From Vicugna vicugna (lineage: Eukaryota): DNA of 20,000 nucleotides. The stretch covers positions 4,682,922 to 4,702,921 of the forward strand of contig MU058384.1 in NCBI GenBank assembly GCA_013265495.1, written 5' to 3'. This document shows, piece by piece, positions 9,713-19,398 of the stretch. Below the pieces are notes generated by a model that was given only the letters and a program-made list of their open reading frames with translations, had not been told where the DNA came from and did not search any database. How positions within the stretch are numbered: position 1 is the stretch's first letter; every line of letters begins with the position of its first letter. A program made the position numbers and the translations under genes.

Positions 9713-11542
9713 GTATTTTGTGTTTGTATCTTTGGTGAGAGACAGACACTATTTGCTTTGAAAAACCTTAGGAATTTTACTGGCTATTTTGTGTCCACCA
9801 CACAGTGTGTTAGTCAGTTGTCCTAGCTGACCCTATCTCTGAAAGGAAAACTTTCACAAGGTTATTATAATCCCTGGTACTACCATGCCTTCTCTGGTTT
9901 TCTGTCAGTAGTAAGTCCTTTCATTTCCATGGTAACCCATGTAATAAAGGCAAAAGAAAGAAAAATTTCTATATTTTTCAAAGCCCTTATTTCATTCTTT
10001 GGTCTTTGGCACCAAATTTAAATTATTCTGAAGAAATAACAAGTTAATTAAATATTTCCAGTGGGAAACATGTATTCTGTACCTTTCTCAGTCTATATTC
10101 TTCTATAAAGAAAGCTGTAGCTGGACTCAGAGATACTTACAGACCTTAATAATTTCCTTAAGAATGATAGGCTGGGATATTCAAAAGCAACAGGACGATC
10201 AGGCTGGCCACTCAGTGTTAGGCCACCTTGAAGAGATGATCTCAGATAGCAAAGACAACTGGGGAAGGGAAATAGTAAAAGTTTTATTCTCTCCCAAGTT
10301 CACTTCCGTTGTTCTGTTTTAATATTAGATCTTCTGATCAGTATCAGTCACCTATAGTTAATCTCAGGAATCTGCAAACTTAATTTATTGATACTTCTAT
10401 ATAATTCCACTTATCAGTAAGTTGAGATGGGGCCAGGAGACAATAATTTTTTTAATGACAAAAGATGAGGTAGAAAAAAGTATCATGATTACTTTATTCA
10501 CATAAATTACCCACTCTTCTTACTAATAGGCTCACATTAAAACGAATGGCGAAGGAGAAAGAATAAAAGTTTTCAACTTTAGTCCCAAGGCTAATGTTAA
10601 TATATGTTAATACTTTCATCCCCATGTGTTAAAATTCTTATTAAGTGAGGTTGAAACATCTTGTGGATCAGGAATCAGGTGGCATCATCAAGCAGGTGTG
10701 TGCTACAGCCATTATAAGCAGTCAGGTCTGTCCAGCAGCAGAAGATTGGACCACATGGCATTTCTTCCATATGCCCTGTTTCCTGTTGCCTTTTCTTTCC
10801 TGCTGATTCCTATTATTTGGATCCCATTTGGGATTTCTAGTGTTTTTTTTTTTCTATTTGACTCTTAGCATTGCTTCTTCAATAAAATAATTGTCTCTGA
10901 ATCTACTACACTGCCACTTTCCCCTTACATTAAACTTGAGGGCACCAGCAGATCTCCAGGCCTGACTGCTATGTGCCCAGGTCAGTCTGTGCAGTACGTG
11001 ATGTTAGGATCCATTAGTGAACCACGGAAAATATTCACATCATGATTGGACAGGAAAGGAGTAGCTATGATTCAGAGAGCAAAGTCTGGATGTGGTGAGC
11101 ATTCCTGGGCAGCCAGAGTGTCCAGTGCATATCAGACCAGTGGTCAGCCCAGGAGCACCCACCTCTGTCCTCTCTTGTTACTCCCAACCAAGTTCCCCAG
11201 TGGGTTTTAAGTCAATTTGATAAAATGTTAGAACTAGCTCAGTAATTAGAGATCAGCATTTATTAGTAGACCCAGCTGTTTTTTCTTTTTCCAAAGGAAT
11301 TTTCAATGTTTTCAAGAAGTTAAAATGCCTGAATTTCTAAAAAGTATCAGATTAAAATTAAAACTAGTGGGAAGGAGGCTTTGAGTTATTATGAGTGTTA
11401 TGGAGGCTTTGACATTTTTCTAAGTGATATGGAGAGAATGAAATTCAGTCAAGATATAATTAGTGCCTATTGTATGTAGAGCACTGTGATAGATACTAGA
11501 AATACAAAGATGAACAGTCATCATCATTACCCTCAAGATACT

Positions 11543-11912
11543 TGCTATGAACTGAATGTTTGTGCCACCCTCCCCCCTGCAAATTCATATGTTAAATCCT
11601 AATGCTCAAGGTGATAGTATTTGGAGGTTGGGCCTCTGGGAGGTGATTAGGTCATGAGGGTGCAGCACTCATGAATGGGTTAGTGCCCTTTTAAGAAGGC
11701 TCCAGAGAGATCCCTTGAACCTTTCTGGCATAAGTGGGTACAGCAAAAAGATGGCAACCAGGAAGTAAAAACTCACCAGACATCAAATCTGCCACCACCT
11801 TGATCTTGGACTTCCCAGTGTCCAGAACTGAAAAAAAAATCAAATTTTTGTTGTTTATAAACTGCTTAGCCTCTGAGTATTTTTGTTATAGCAGCCCCAA
11901 AAGACTGAGACA
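11543..11912 (+). mobile_element. MaLR solo LTR, MLT1A/MLT1A0-like (370 bp)
   Basis: TGCTATGAACTGAATGTTTGTG...aaattcatatgtt...ggaggtgattaggtcatgagggt...ccttgatcttggacttccca...GCAGCCCCAAAAGACTGAGACA; degenerate 5-bp TSD atact/gtatt. Confidence 0.9.
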
Positions 11913-12090
11913 GTATTTACCATACAGTAAGGGTATAGAAATACAAACATTCATTGTATACATAAATGTAATGTATGTAGTGTTAGTGTTCAAAGGCATC
12001 AGAGCAGAGCATAAATGTTCTAGTCTATTCTGAGGAATCAGAGACCATGTCAAAAGAGAGGTAGCAGGGCAGTTTGAAAGTTAAATAGCC

Positions 12091-12390
12091 TTTTTTAAAT
12101 TTTTTACTGAGATGTAACTGACATATAACATTATACTAGTTTTAGGTGCCCAACATAATGATTTGATATTTGTATATATTGCAAAATGATCACTACAATA
12201 ACTCTAGTTAACAGCTGTCATACATAGTTACAAAACAATTTTATTCTTGTGATGAGGACTTTTAAGATCTATTCTCAGCAACTTTCAAATATGTAATATA
12301 TTATTATTAACTATAGTCACTATGCTGTACATTATATCCACAGGAACCATTTATTTTATAACTGCAAATTTGTACCTTTTGATCCCCTTT
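12091..12390 (-). mobile_element. L1 3' end fragment (L1MA9-like), antisense
   Basis: Poly-T start followed by 'gatgtaactgacatataacattat...aacataatgatttgatatttgtatatattgcaaaatgatcac...aactatagtcactatgctgtacatta...tttgtaccttttga'. Confidence 0.85.
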
Positions 12391-12829
12391 GACAGGTGGA
12401 CAAGGTTGGTGATAGCATTTCAGCCAGAGAAAATAATATGCAAAATTATAAGAGCATGTGGTATTGTCCCTCCTTTAAACATAAGAGAAACTGACCTCTT
12501 CCAGGAACCACATAAAAGTTTTTGGGGTGGGGATGGGAGAGGAGTGATAGGGCTAGGAAGGCTCATTGTAGGCCACGTATGTCAAGTAATTGAGGCATGC
12601 CACTGGAAAATTCTGAACAGGGAAGTGACATGTTAAAGTGCTTTGGAAAATCCTAAGAGGGGTGTCGATTAAAGAAGGATGAGGCTTCTGCTCTCAGGGG
12701 CTTCTTCACCATCCAGGTAAGACGTGATGAGTGGATGTAGAGAGAATGGAACAGATATTTAGTAGGTTAAATGGACGGCAACTAATATAACAGTTAACAC
12801 CTATAAAATTCTATTTGTTGGGCACAGAT

Positions 12830-13030
12830 ATTATATAACAACTAAGAATCCAGGTTCTGTAATCCAACTTTCTAAGTTCAAACACTGTGTCTCCATTCAT
12901 TATTAACCATCATGAGTAAGTTGCTCAGCTTCCCTGTACCTTAGTTTCCTTATCTGTAAAGTAGGACCTACTTCATTGGACTGTGAAGATTAACTGGTTA
13001 CCATATGAAAGACATTTAGAATGGTGCCTT
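12830..13030 (+). mobile_element. MIR SINE
   Basis: Core 'gagtaagttgctcagcttccctgtaccttagtttccttatctgtaaa...acctacttcattggactgtgaagattaa...ttagaatggtgcct'. Confidence 0.75.
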
Positions 13031-13054
13031 AAAAAAGTATTAGTAATTCTTGTT

Positions 13055-13170
13055 ACCTTATTTTACAGATAAGCAAACTTTAATATACTTAGATTAAGTA
13101 TATTCCCAAAGATAAACAGCTAATATATGAAATGTATTTGAAATGCGTGTTTGTCTAACTCCGGAGCATG
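13055..13170 (-). mobile_element. MIR SINE (antisense); its other part is probably at ~12785-12828
   Basis: 'attttacagataagcaaact...agattaagta...cccaaagataaacagctaat...tgtctaactccggagc'. Confidence 0.65.
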
Positions 13171-13374
13171 ACTCCAAGTCATCTGACTAACAGACTGTGC
13201 TCAGTGATAGAAGCTTGAGAGAAAGGAAAAAATATTTCAGATGATTGATGATCTGTATATGATTTGAATGTTTTATTTACATTTTGGATTTCCTATAGTT
13301 TTAGGTTTGGTCCTTACATAATCTTTAATTCTAAGGATTTATTAAAGATACTAATTTTACCCTCTTACAAGAGA

Positions 13375-13500
13375 ATATTCTTTCTTCTCCAATAGTCCTT
13401 GGGTCCCCAGTTATCACTAATTAAACTGAGGGTGAACAACAGACCTAGAGGCTGGGCTGGACCAATCAAATTCTCTTTCTTGTATATTTGCACTAAGGAA
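13375..13500 (+). mobile_element. Possible LTR16-like (ERVL) fragment
   Basis: 'ctggaccaatcaaattctctttc' and upstream context resemble LTR16; short and decayed. Confidence 0.3.
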
Positions 13501-13574
13501 GTTGGTAGATGACTAGATGATAGTGGATGGAACAGTGAGGTGAAACAATATTCTGTTTCAGGTTAACAAAATTA

Positions 13575-14035
13575 AATCATAGGCAGAATACTGAAGACTT
13601 TGAATTGCAGACTAAAAGTTCTGATTTTATCATATTGGCAAGGGAAAAATCACCAAAGGTTTTGAGCAGGAAATTTACACTGTGAAAATAAATAAGGATA
13701 TTGAATTTATAAGGTACATAAGGTGAATTGAAGGCCAAAGAGGTCAGGTTTATAGGGAACATGGATTTTTGTATCAAAGTAGTGATCTGATATGCAAAAA
13801 TAAGGGGGACAGTTGCAAAAGTCTTCCTAAGGGAGAATTTATTGGACATGATGAGTGATAAAATATTAAATGTAATAAAAAAGGAGCCCAGAGTAACTAA
13901 AAGATTTAAGTTTAGAATGCAAGTTACTAGAAATACAGACTCTAAGAAGCAAAGATCCTTTTAGAGCATTGGGTTAAAATTTTTGACACGCTGAGTTCTC
14001 AGTAATGACAGAACATTTAAGTGCAACTATCTAGT
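13575..14035 (-). mobile_element. L2 fragment (antisense)
   Basis: 'tgaagactttgaattgcagactaaaag...gattttatc...aaggtttttgagcagg' and 'ttttgacacgctgagtt...atttaagtg' resemble antisense L2. Confidence 0.5.
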
Positions 14036-14037
14036 GT

Positions 14038-14079
14038 TATTATTAAAATACTATTAAATATTATTAAAATACTATTAAA
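14038..14079 (+). repeat. Perfect 21-bp tandem duplication
   Basis: tattattaaaatactattaaa x2 (14038-14058, 14059-14079). Confidence 0.9.
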
Positions 14080-14270
14080 AGATTCCAGAGCTGGAAAGTA
14101 TCCTAGAAATGATCATAGTCAAATTGCTTTATCGCTCAAGTGAGAAACTTGAGCTGTAGAAGGCTAATTTATCTGATACAACACAAGTAATTAATATAGA
14201 AACAGAATTAGAACCTAAGCCTTTTGACTCCCAATTCAGTGCTTTTTTCAACTACATTCTACTGCCTCCT
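14080..14270 (-). mobile_element. MIR3/MIRc-like SINE (antisense)
   Basis: 'agagctggaaagtatcctagaaatgatcatagtcaaa...tgagaaacttgag...gaattagaacctaagccttttgactcccaattcagtgctttttcaactaca...ctgcctc'. Confidence 0.7.
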
Positions 14271-14371
14271 CTAATTTCGTTAGAGCAGAAGATGTATCAA
14301 AATTACACCACTGGGAGATACATATAGTGATAAATTATACTGAAGTCACGAAATCTGTAGAGAGTTTAGGG

Positions 14372-14570
14372 CAGAGATGGCAATCAATTTCCAACTCACA
14401 TGCCAGCTGCAGTAAGTCAGTAATGACTGCATGGATGTTATATTTCATTGAAAATAATTCTGAATCTGTGTCTAGGTTTATTGAGAAAAAGTGATATGAC
14501 TATTAGTAATCCTGGCCAACAACAAAGTTGAAGAAGTGGGCAGTGTCTATGCCACCTATTGCTATCACTA
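14372..14570 (+). mobile_element. Non-autonomous hAT-Charlie DNA transposon, MER117-like (199 bp)
   Basis: Imperfect TIRs CAGAGATGGCAA / TTGCTATCACTA; interior 'tttccaactcacatgccagct...gtaatgactgcatgga...attctgaa...attagtaat' collinear with MER117 as recalled; TSD eroded. Confidence 0.7.
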
Positions 14571-14806
14571 GTCAGAAGGAAAACTGCAGTCATAATCATG
14601 AGAAAGACCTGAAAATATTTTTTTTAAATAACAGCCAGAAAAATATCAAAATGATCAGCTTTGGATAAGGTAGTAACATGTCCTTTCTATTATTTCGTTC
14701 CTATCTTAAATGGGAGGTGTTAGATAAACTGCTGAATGCTTATGGGAAGCATGGAGAATCTGAATATTTGGGGAGCCATGATGGAAGAGGCTAAAATGGA
14801 ATAAGG

Positions 14807-14826
14807 GAGAGAGAGAGAGAAAGAGA
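14807..14826 (+). repeat. (GA)n microsatellite
   Basis: gagagagagagagaaagaga. Confidence 0.8.
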
Positions 14827-15027
14827 AACATAAACTATAAGTTAATCTCTTTTATATACTTTTTCTATATGTTCCAAACTTTAGCTTAATTTGATTTTAC
14901 ACAGAGACTACCTAATACAAATTTTTATGAAATAAATTGTATACACCAGAGTCAAGATTATTAACTGACTACATACATTTATCTCTTATTCCTAATAATC
15001 TAGGACATGGTTACAAAGAAAATACCC

Positions 15028-15074
15028 ACACACACACACATGTATATATATGTACTGTATATAAATATGTACAT
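15028..15074 (+). repeat. (CA)n/(TA)n compound microsatellite
   Basis: cacacacacacacatgtatatatatgtactgtatataaatatgtacata. Confidence 0.75.
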
Positions 15075-15152
15075 AGAATCAATAAGGAAGACAGAAAGTA
15101 GATCATCAGACAAGAAATGTCATCAAATTTATTTAAGAGAGTAGAAGAGGGG

Positions 15153-15714
15153 TATAGTGAGTTGAATGGTTGCCCTGCAAAAGATATCTTCATATCCTAA
15201 TCTCCAGAACCTATGAATGTTACCTTATTTGGACAAGGGGTCTTTGCAGGTCTAATTAAGTTAAGAATCTTCTTTTTTTTTTTTAATGGACGTACTGGGG
15301 ATTGAACCCAGGACCTTGTGCATGTTAAGCACACACTCTACCACTGAACTATACCCACCCCCTCTAAGTTAAGGATTTTGCAATGAGGAGATCACCCTGG
15401 ATTTTCCTGGTGGGCCCTAAATCCTACAACAAACATCCTAATAAGCATGCAGCACATGGAGATTACACAGAGAGAAGGCGGCCATGTGAAGACAGAAGCA
15501 GAGACAGCAGTGATGTGGCTACGAGCCAAGGAATGCCAACGGCAACCAGAAACTGGACAAGGCAAGGAATATTATTGTCCTCACAGCCTCTGAGGGAGTA
15601 GGGCCCTGTTAACACCTTGATCTTCAACTTCTGGCCTCCAGAAGTAAACAGAGTTCTGTTGTTTAAAACTACCAAGTTTGTGTTAATTTATTTAAGCCAC
15701 AAGAAATCAATGCA
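15153..15714 (+). mobile_element. MaLR solo LTR, MLT1C-like, interrupted by a SINE
   Basis: 'tatagtgagttgaatggt...aaaagatat...gaacctatgaatgttaccttatttgga...ggccatgtgaagacagaagcagaga...agccaaggaatgcc...caccttgatcttcaacttctggcctccagaa...aaatcaatgca'; 5-bp TSD agggg/agtgg. Confidence 0.9.
15272..15364 (-). mobile_element. Simple tRNA(Ala)-derived SINE, camelid Vic-1-like
   Basis: Reverse complement GGGGGTGGGTATAGTTCAGTGGTAGAGTGTGTGCTTAACATGCACAAGGTCCTGGGTTCAATCCCCAGTACGTCCATT(A)12 has A and B boxes and a poly-A tail; 15-bp TSD taagttaagaatctt (15257-15271) / taagttaaggatttt (15365-15379). Confidence 0.9.
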
Positions 15715-16212
15715 AGTGGTTTCTAAAAAGGAGCTGAGAAAACCAGCCTTGCAGAAATACAGAGAAGCTCAGAAAACAGCAACTGGAAGTGGGGAGTGGA
15801 ATGTGGAGTTAAAACAGGGTAATTAATTTAAAGTGAGTATAAGTTATAATTGTCCCTCCCACCACACCTTCATTCCAACAGGGAGAATGCCCAGGAGGCA
15901 GGCATTCTTCTCTACAGAAACTGCATTGTTGAAAGAAGCAGGGTAGCTGATGTGGCTGTTCCCCAGCCAAACACCCTAAAGCAAGGTTGATCAGTTGGTA
16001 AGCCCAGTCCCCAACCATACAGCACTCATTGACTTATTTTTAACAAATAAATAGTGAAGGAATCCTAGCCATTTTTAAAGGCTCTAGGATTATGAGAGGA
16101 CAGAGATAAACAAGGAAAAAAGAAGTTCACAAAGAAAGTTGAAATAATTCAAGAACAGGAAAGAACCAAAAAAAGGAAGGCAGTCTATTTATTGAATAGA
16201 TTCAGAGATAGT

Positions 16213-16746
16213 TATGCCAGTTATTAATTTATCGCCTCTCAGCTCCAAACTCATCCTTCTTTTCCCTGCTGGTGATCCTGAAAGTGGACTCTGCTGTCAA
16301 CATTGGGCTTGGCTTCCTTGCTAGATGTACCGTCTGCCGACAGAGGGCACTGTGAGGACACTATAAGGTCAGGAGGGGAGGGGCTTTTTGTTCTGAAGTT
16401 CTTCGTCTCTTATGATCCAGTAGGGGTCCTGCAGTGTTTATTTGGGCAGGAGGGCTGCGTGCTCCCATGGCAACCACGCCCCCTCCTCAGATGTCTGAAT
16501 CTCTGCCTCTGGGCCTCCTCCTGTGGAGGTTCCAGGTTCCTTCCTTATTCACTGTTCCCTCAACTTTGGGAGTAATAGCTGTTCTCTGCAGTTACTACCT
16601 CTGTATACCTTATAGTTCTCTTTTACCCCTTTTATTAATGAATACATCTTTTACTTAGTTCACAATTTAGTAGTTCACAATTATTTTCTCAATTCAAATT
16701 ATTGGTGTAGTAATTTTTGTCCCCTTACCATATCCTGAATAACACA
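16213..16746 (+). mobile_element. Ancient ERVL-class solo LTR (LTR41/LTR52-group-like, 534 bp)
   Basis: Starts 'tatgccagttattaatttatcgcctctcagctccaaa', ends 'tatcctgaataacaca'; 5-bp TSD atagt (16208-16212) / acagt (16747-16751). Confidence 0.8.
16337..16350 (+). promoter_or_regulatory. CTCF-like motif within the LTR
   Basis: CCGACAGAGGGCAC vs core CCRSYAGRKGGCRS (one mismatch). Confidence 0.4.
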
Positions 16747-16754
16747 ACAGTCAG

Positions 16755-17080
16755 TAACATTCTGAATCTTTAAAAATCTTATAAAAATAAACACTAGAGA
16801 TCAGGTAAAACTTTCAGATTGCTAAAGTAAAATTTTCAATAGATGGTTAGAAGACAAAAGTGAGAAAAATCTCCCAGAAAATAGAACATCCAGTTAAAAA
16901 ATAGAAATATGGGAGGTGAGATTGAGGTGCAGAAAGGGATCAGAGTGAAAGGGAAGTGTAAGGTTGCTAAGTATCTTCATCTTTAAAGATGTAGTGGTAA
17001 GAGATATGATACATAGTTGATCAAAAATTAAAGAAAATGCATATTCTGTAAACTTACAAAGATAACCAAAAAAAGGAAAT
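16755..17080 (+). mobile_element. HAL1 / old L1 ORF1-like fragment; probably continues left of the LTR at ~16040-16207
   Basis: A-rich; 'ttcaatagatggttagaagacaaaagtgagaaaaatctcccagaaaatagaaca' resembles the HAL1/L1 ORF1 coiled-coil region. Confidence 0.5.
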
Positions 17081-17081
17081 A

Positions 17082-17292
17082 CAGTAACAGTAGCACTTGC
17101 TTAGTGCTTTAGATGTATTGATCCACTTATAATAAATAGTCTGTTCAAGGAATGGACTATTATTTTCCCCATTTTACAGATGAGGAGAAAGGTTCAGAGA
17201 GATTGAGTAACTTGTCTAAGGCCATGCAGCTGGTAAATGGCAGAAGTGGGATTCTAGAGTATGTGCTCTTATCTATTACACTCTACTGCCTC
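17082..17292 (-). mobile_element. MIR (MIRb-like) SINE, antisense
   Basis: 'ccccattttacagatgaggagaaaggttcagagagattgagtaacttgtctaaggccatgcagctggtaaatggcagaagtgggatt' is the MIR core. Confidence 0.85.
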
Positions 17293-17591
17293 CTTATATG
17301 ACTTATTGGGAAGAGATGGTTAAGGAAGGTAGAAGGCAATGTAAATGAGTTTAATTGTCTCTCTTAGCAGTAGATTAAGGCAATATTTAAAACTGATGAA
17401 TTAAGAATAGTGATAAGTGATAGAGAGGTAATCACTGGAAGAAACAAAAACAGAAAATGTTTAAAGAGGTTTACTCTCAAGAGAAGTACCTTGAGAAGAA
17501 AGTGATGAACCAGTGATTTTCTTCCAAGTCTTTCTGTACTATTAACACCTTGCTTTAATAATAATTTATTCTAAACATTTTCAAAGACATA

Positions 17592-18120
17592 TGTTGGGGA
17601 GGAAGAAATGTTCTTCTACCCTTCTAGATTCTGCTGGCTGGTCCAAGAATTAAATTGACATGAGACAGAGTTACAGGACAAAATCAAACAAAAGCTTAAT
17701 AACATGTATACGTGGGAGAGACCCAAGTGAACTGAGCAATTTACCAAACTGGCCAAAGCCCTCACTTTAAATACCATCTTCATCTAAAGACAAAAGAGGA
17801 TGTTGGGGTTAGTGGCTTGGGACTTCAAAGGGGAGGAGGGCAACTGACATGGAGATGGAAAAGCAAATGTTTGGTATACATGGGACAAAGTAGACTCTGA
17901 TGTCTAGGCCCTACCTGAGTCTCTTCCACCACATCTGGCCCATAATCCTTTCAGATATCTCTGGTGATAGCTGGAACAGGCCTTCCAGCTAAATTCTTTG
18001 GGGCAGTCAGGGGGAAGGTCAAAAGTTCTTCCTGAGTCTTTAGGGCCTTGATTGTTTTGAGCTTGAAATAACCTCCATGCCAAAGAGACATTTTGTGACA
18101 ACAAACTTTGCTCTCCTACA
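17592..18120 (-). mobile_element. ERV1-class solo LTR, MER34-like (529 bp)
   Basis: Reverse complement starts TGTAGGAGAGCAAAG...AAAATGTCTCTTTGGCATGGAGGTTATTT and ends CTAGAAGGGTAGAAGAACATTTCTTCCTCCCCAACA, like MER34-family ends; TSD degenerate (cata/taca). Confidence 0.8.
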
Positions 18121-18796
18121 TACAAAATTATAAATCAACTTAGGGGAGAAAAAAATAAGATCATAAAGCTAAATTACTCACAAAAATATGTATTTCAAAT
18201 TCTACATACTAATTATACCAAGATAATCTTACATATGAAAACAAGGGAAGTCCCTTCTCCCTTGTGGTAGAAAATATCTGACCTGAATCCCTCAGAGAAG
18301 GAGGCCTGGTAGTCACAACAAGGCTTAGGAAGCCCCTGTTTTCACATTTCACAAGAGAGATTAAGCTAGTTTTCAAACTAGTAAATAGATACCATTTGAA
18401 CAAAAAAGATGAAAAGTTATGCATAAGCAGCCACAAAAGGCCTTATAACTCAGGAAGAGGAAGAAGTATCCAAAATGTGCCTTCTGTCCAACCAGAGGGC
18501 CTCTCATCATAGATCAAAGATAAGCTGTCTAAAGAGTGATGACAAGAAAGAGCTCTGGACTCCTGTAAGTGTTGCTAAACAGACTCTGGTGGTATAAGTA
18601 CCATTCTCTACTATATTTAATAATCTATATTTTTAGCCCTGGAGTTAAATGCATATCATGAACTCTTATAAATTCAAACTAGGAGTAAATTAAACATCTG
18701 TAAGTTAAGTGATTTGGATAACAAATGGGTGCATAAGGTCTTACATATCTTTAAACTGAGATCTTTTAGGCACAGGGAGTGATATACGTTGATTTG

Positions 18797-18810
18797 CTGC
18801 CATCTAGTGC
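18797..18810 (-). promoter_or_regulatory. CTCF-like motif in apparently unique DNA
   Basis: Reverse complement GCACTAGATGGCAG (followed by C) vs core CCRSYAGRKGGCRS (one mismatch). Confidence 0.45.
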
Positions 18811-19398
18811 TCACTGCTTTAGAGACCTAGATTAAGAGTATGTTGCTTTTTTTTTTTTTTAATTCTTTCCTTAGTTTGCAGCAGTTTTTGTTTTTCATGG
18901 GGTTCTCTGAGACCCAAAACATTTTCCTAATAAAATGGTATTTGTATGTAGACAACAAATCTATAAACTGCTTTATATACTGTGGGAAGCTCAGTGAATT
19001 CTAACCTAACCTATACTATTGGCTCATTGAGTTTTCTTAACATGTCACCCTACAGAAAGTTTATGAAGAAGGCTCAATTATTTCCATGTTATCTGCTAAA
19101 CTTGAGTTACAATTACTCTTAAAAGGCAACTACTATTAACTCATAAAATTCCCTGCAATGTGTACTAAGAGTTGAGAGAGAGGAATTCCTTTCTACCCAA
19201 TGTGGCAAAAAGATACTCTGTGGGAAAAAAAAAATCAGAAAATAAGCTAGAAATGCTGACTAAATTGCATTGTTGAGCTCACTGAAAAGCAAATTAAATT
19301 CTCAAGGGCCCAAAAAGAAGAGAGAACTGAAACAAATGTGGTAAGCAGGGACTGAAGACATACCTCCAGACACATTTGCTGATGTGAGAATGTAGTCT

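Larger units (their letters stand above)
11440..12780 (-). mobile_element. L2 fragment (antisense) split by MLT1A and L1 insertions
   Basis: 'tagtgcctattgtatgtagagcactgtgatagatactagaaatacaaagatgaa...ccctcaag' resumes after each insert ('agcatttcagccagagaaaataatatgcaaa', 'cactggaaaattctgaacagggaagtgacatg', 'atccaggtaagacgtgatga'). Confidence 0.65.

Noticed and set aside
10640..11190. GC-richer block with AATAAA (10881) and ...TACA suggesting an LTR end
   Set aside because: No 5' terminus, TSD or family resemblance that I can support.
13082..13104. Perfect 10-bp hairpin aatatactta-gat-taagtatatt
   Set aside because: Short, AT-only and inside a MIR; expected by chance or local template switching.
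15285..15360. tRNA gene
   Set aside because: Poly-A tail, TSD and a degenerate acceptor stem indicate a SINE.
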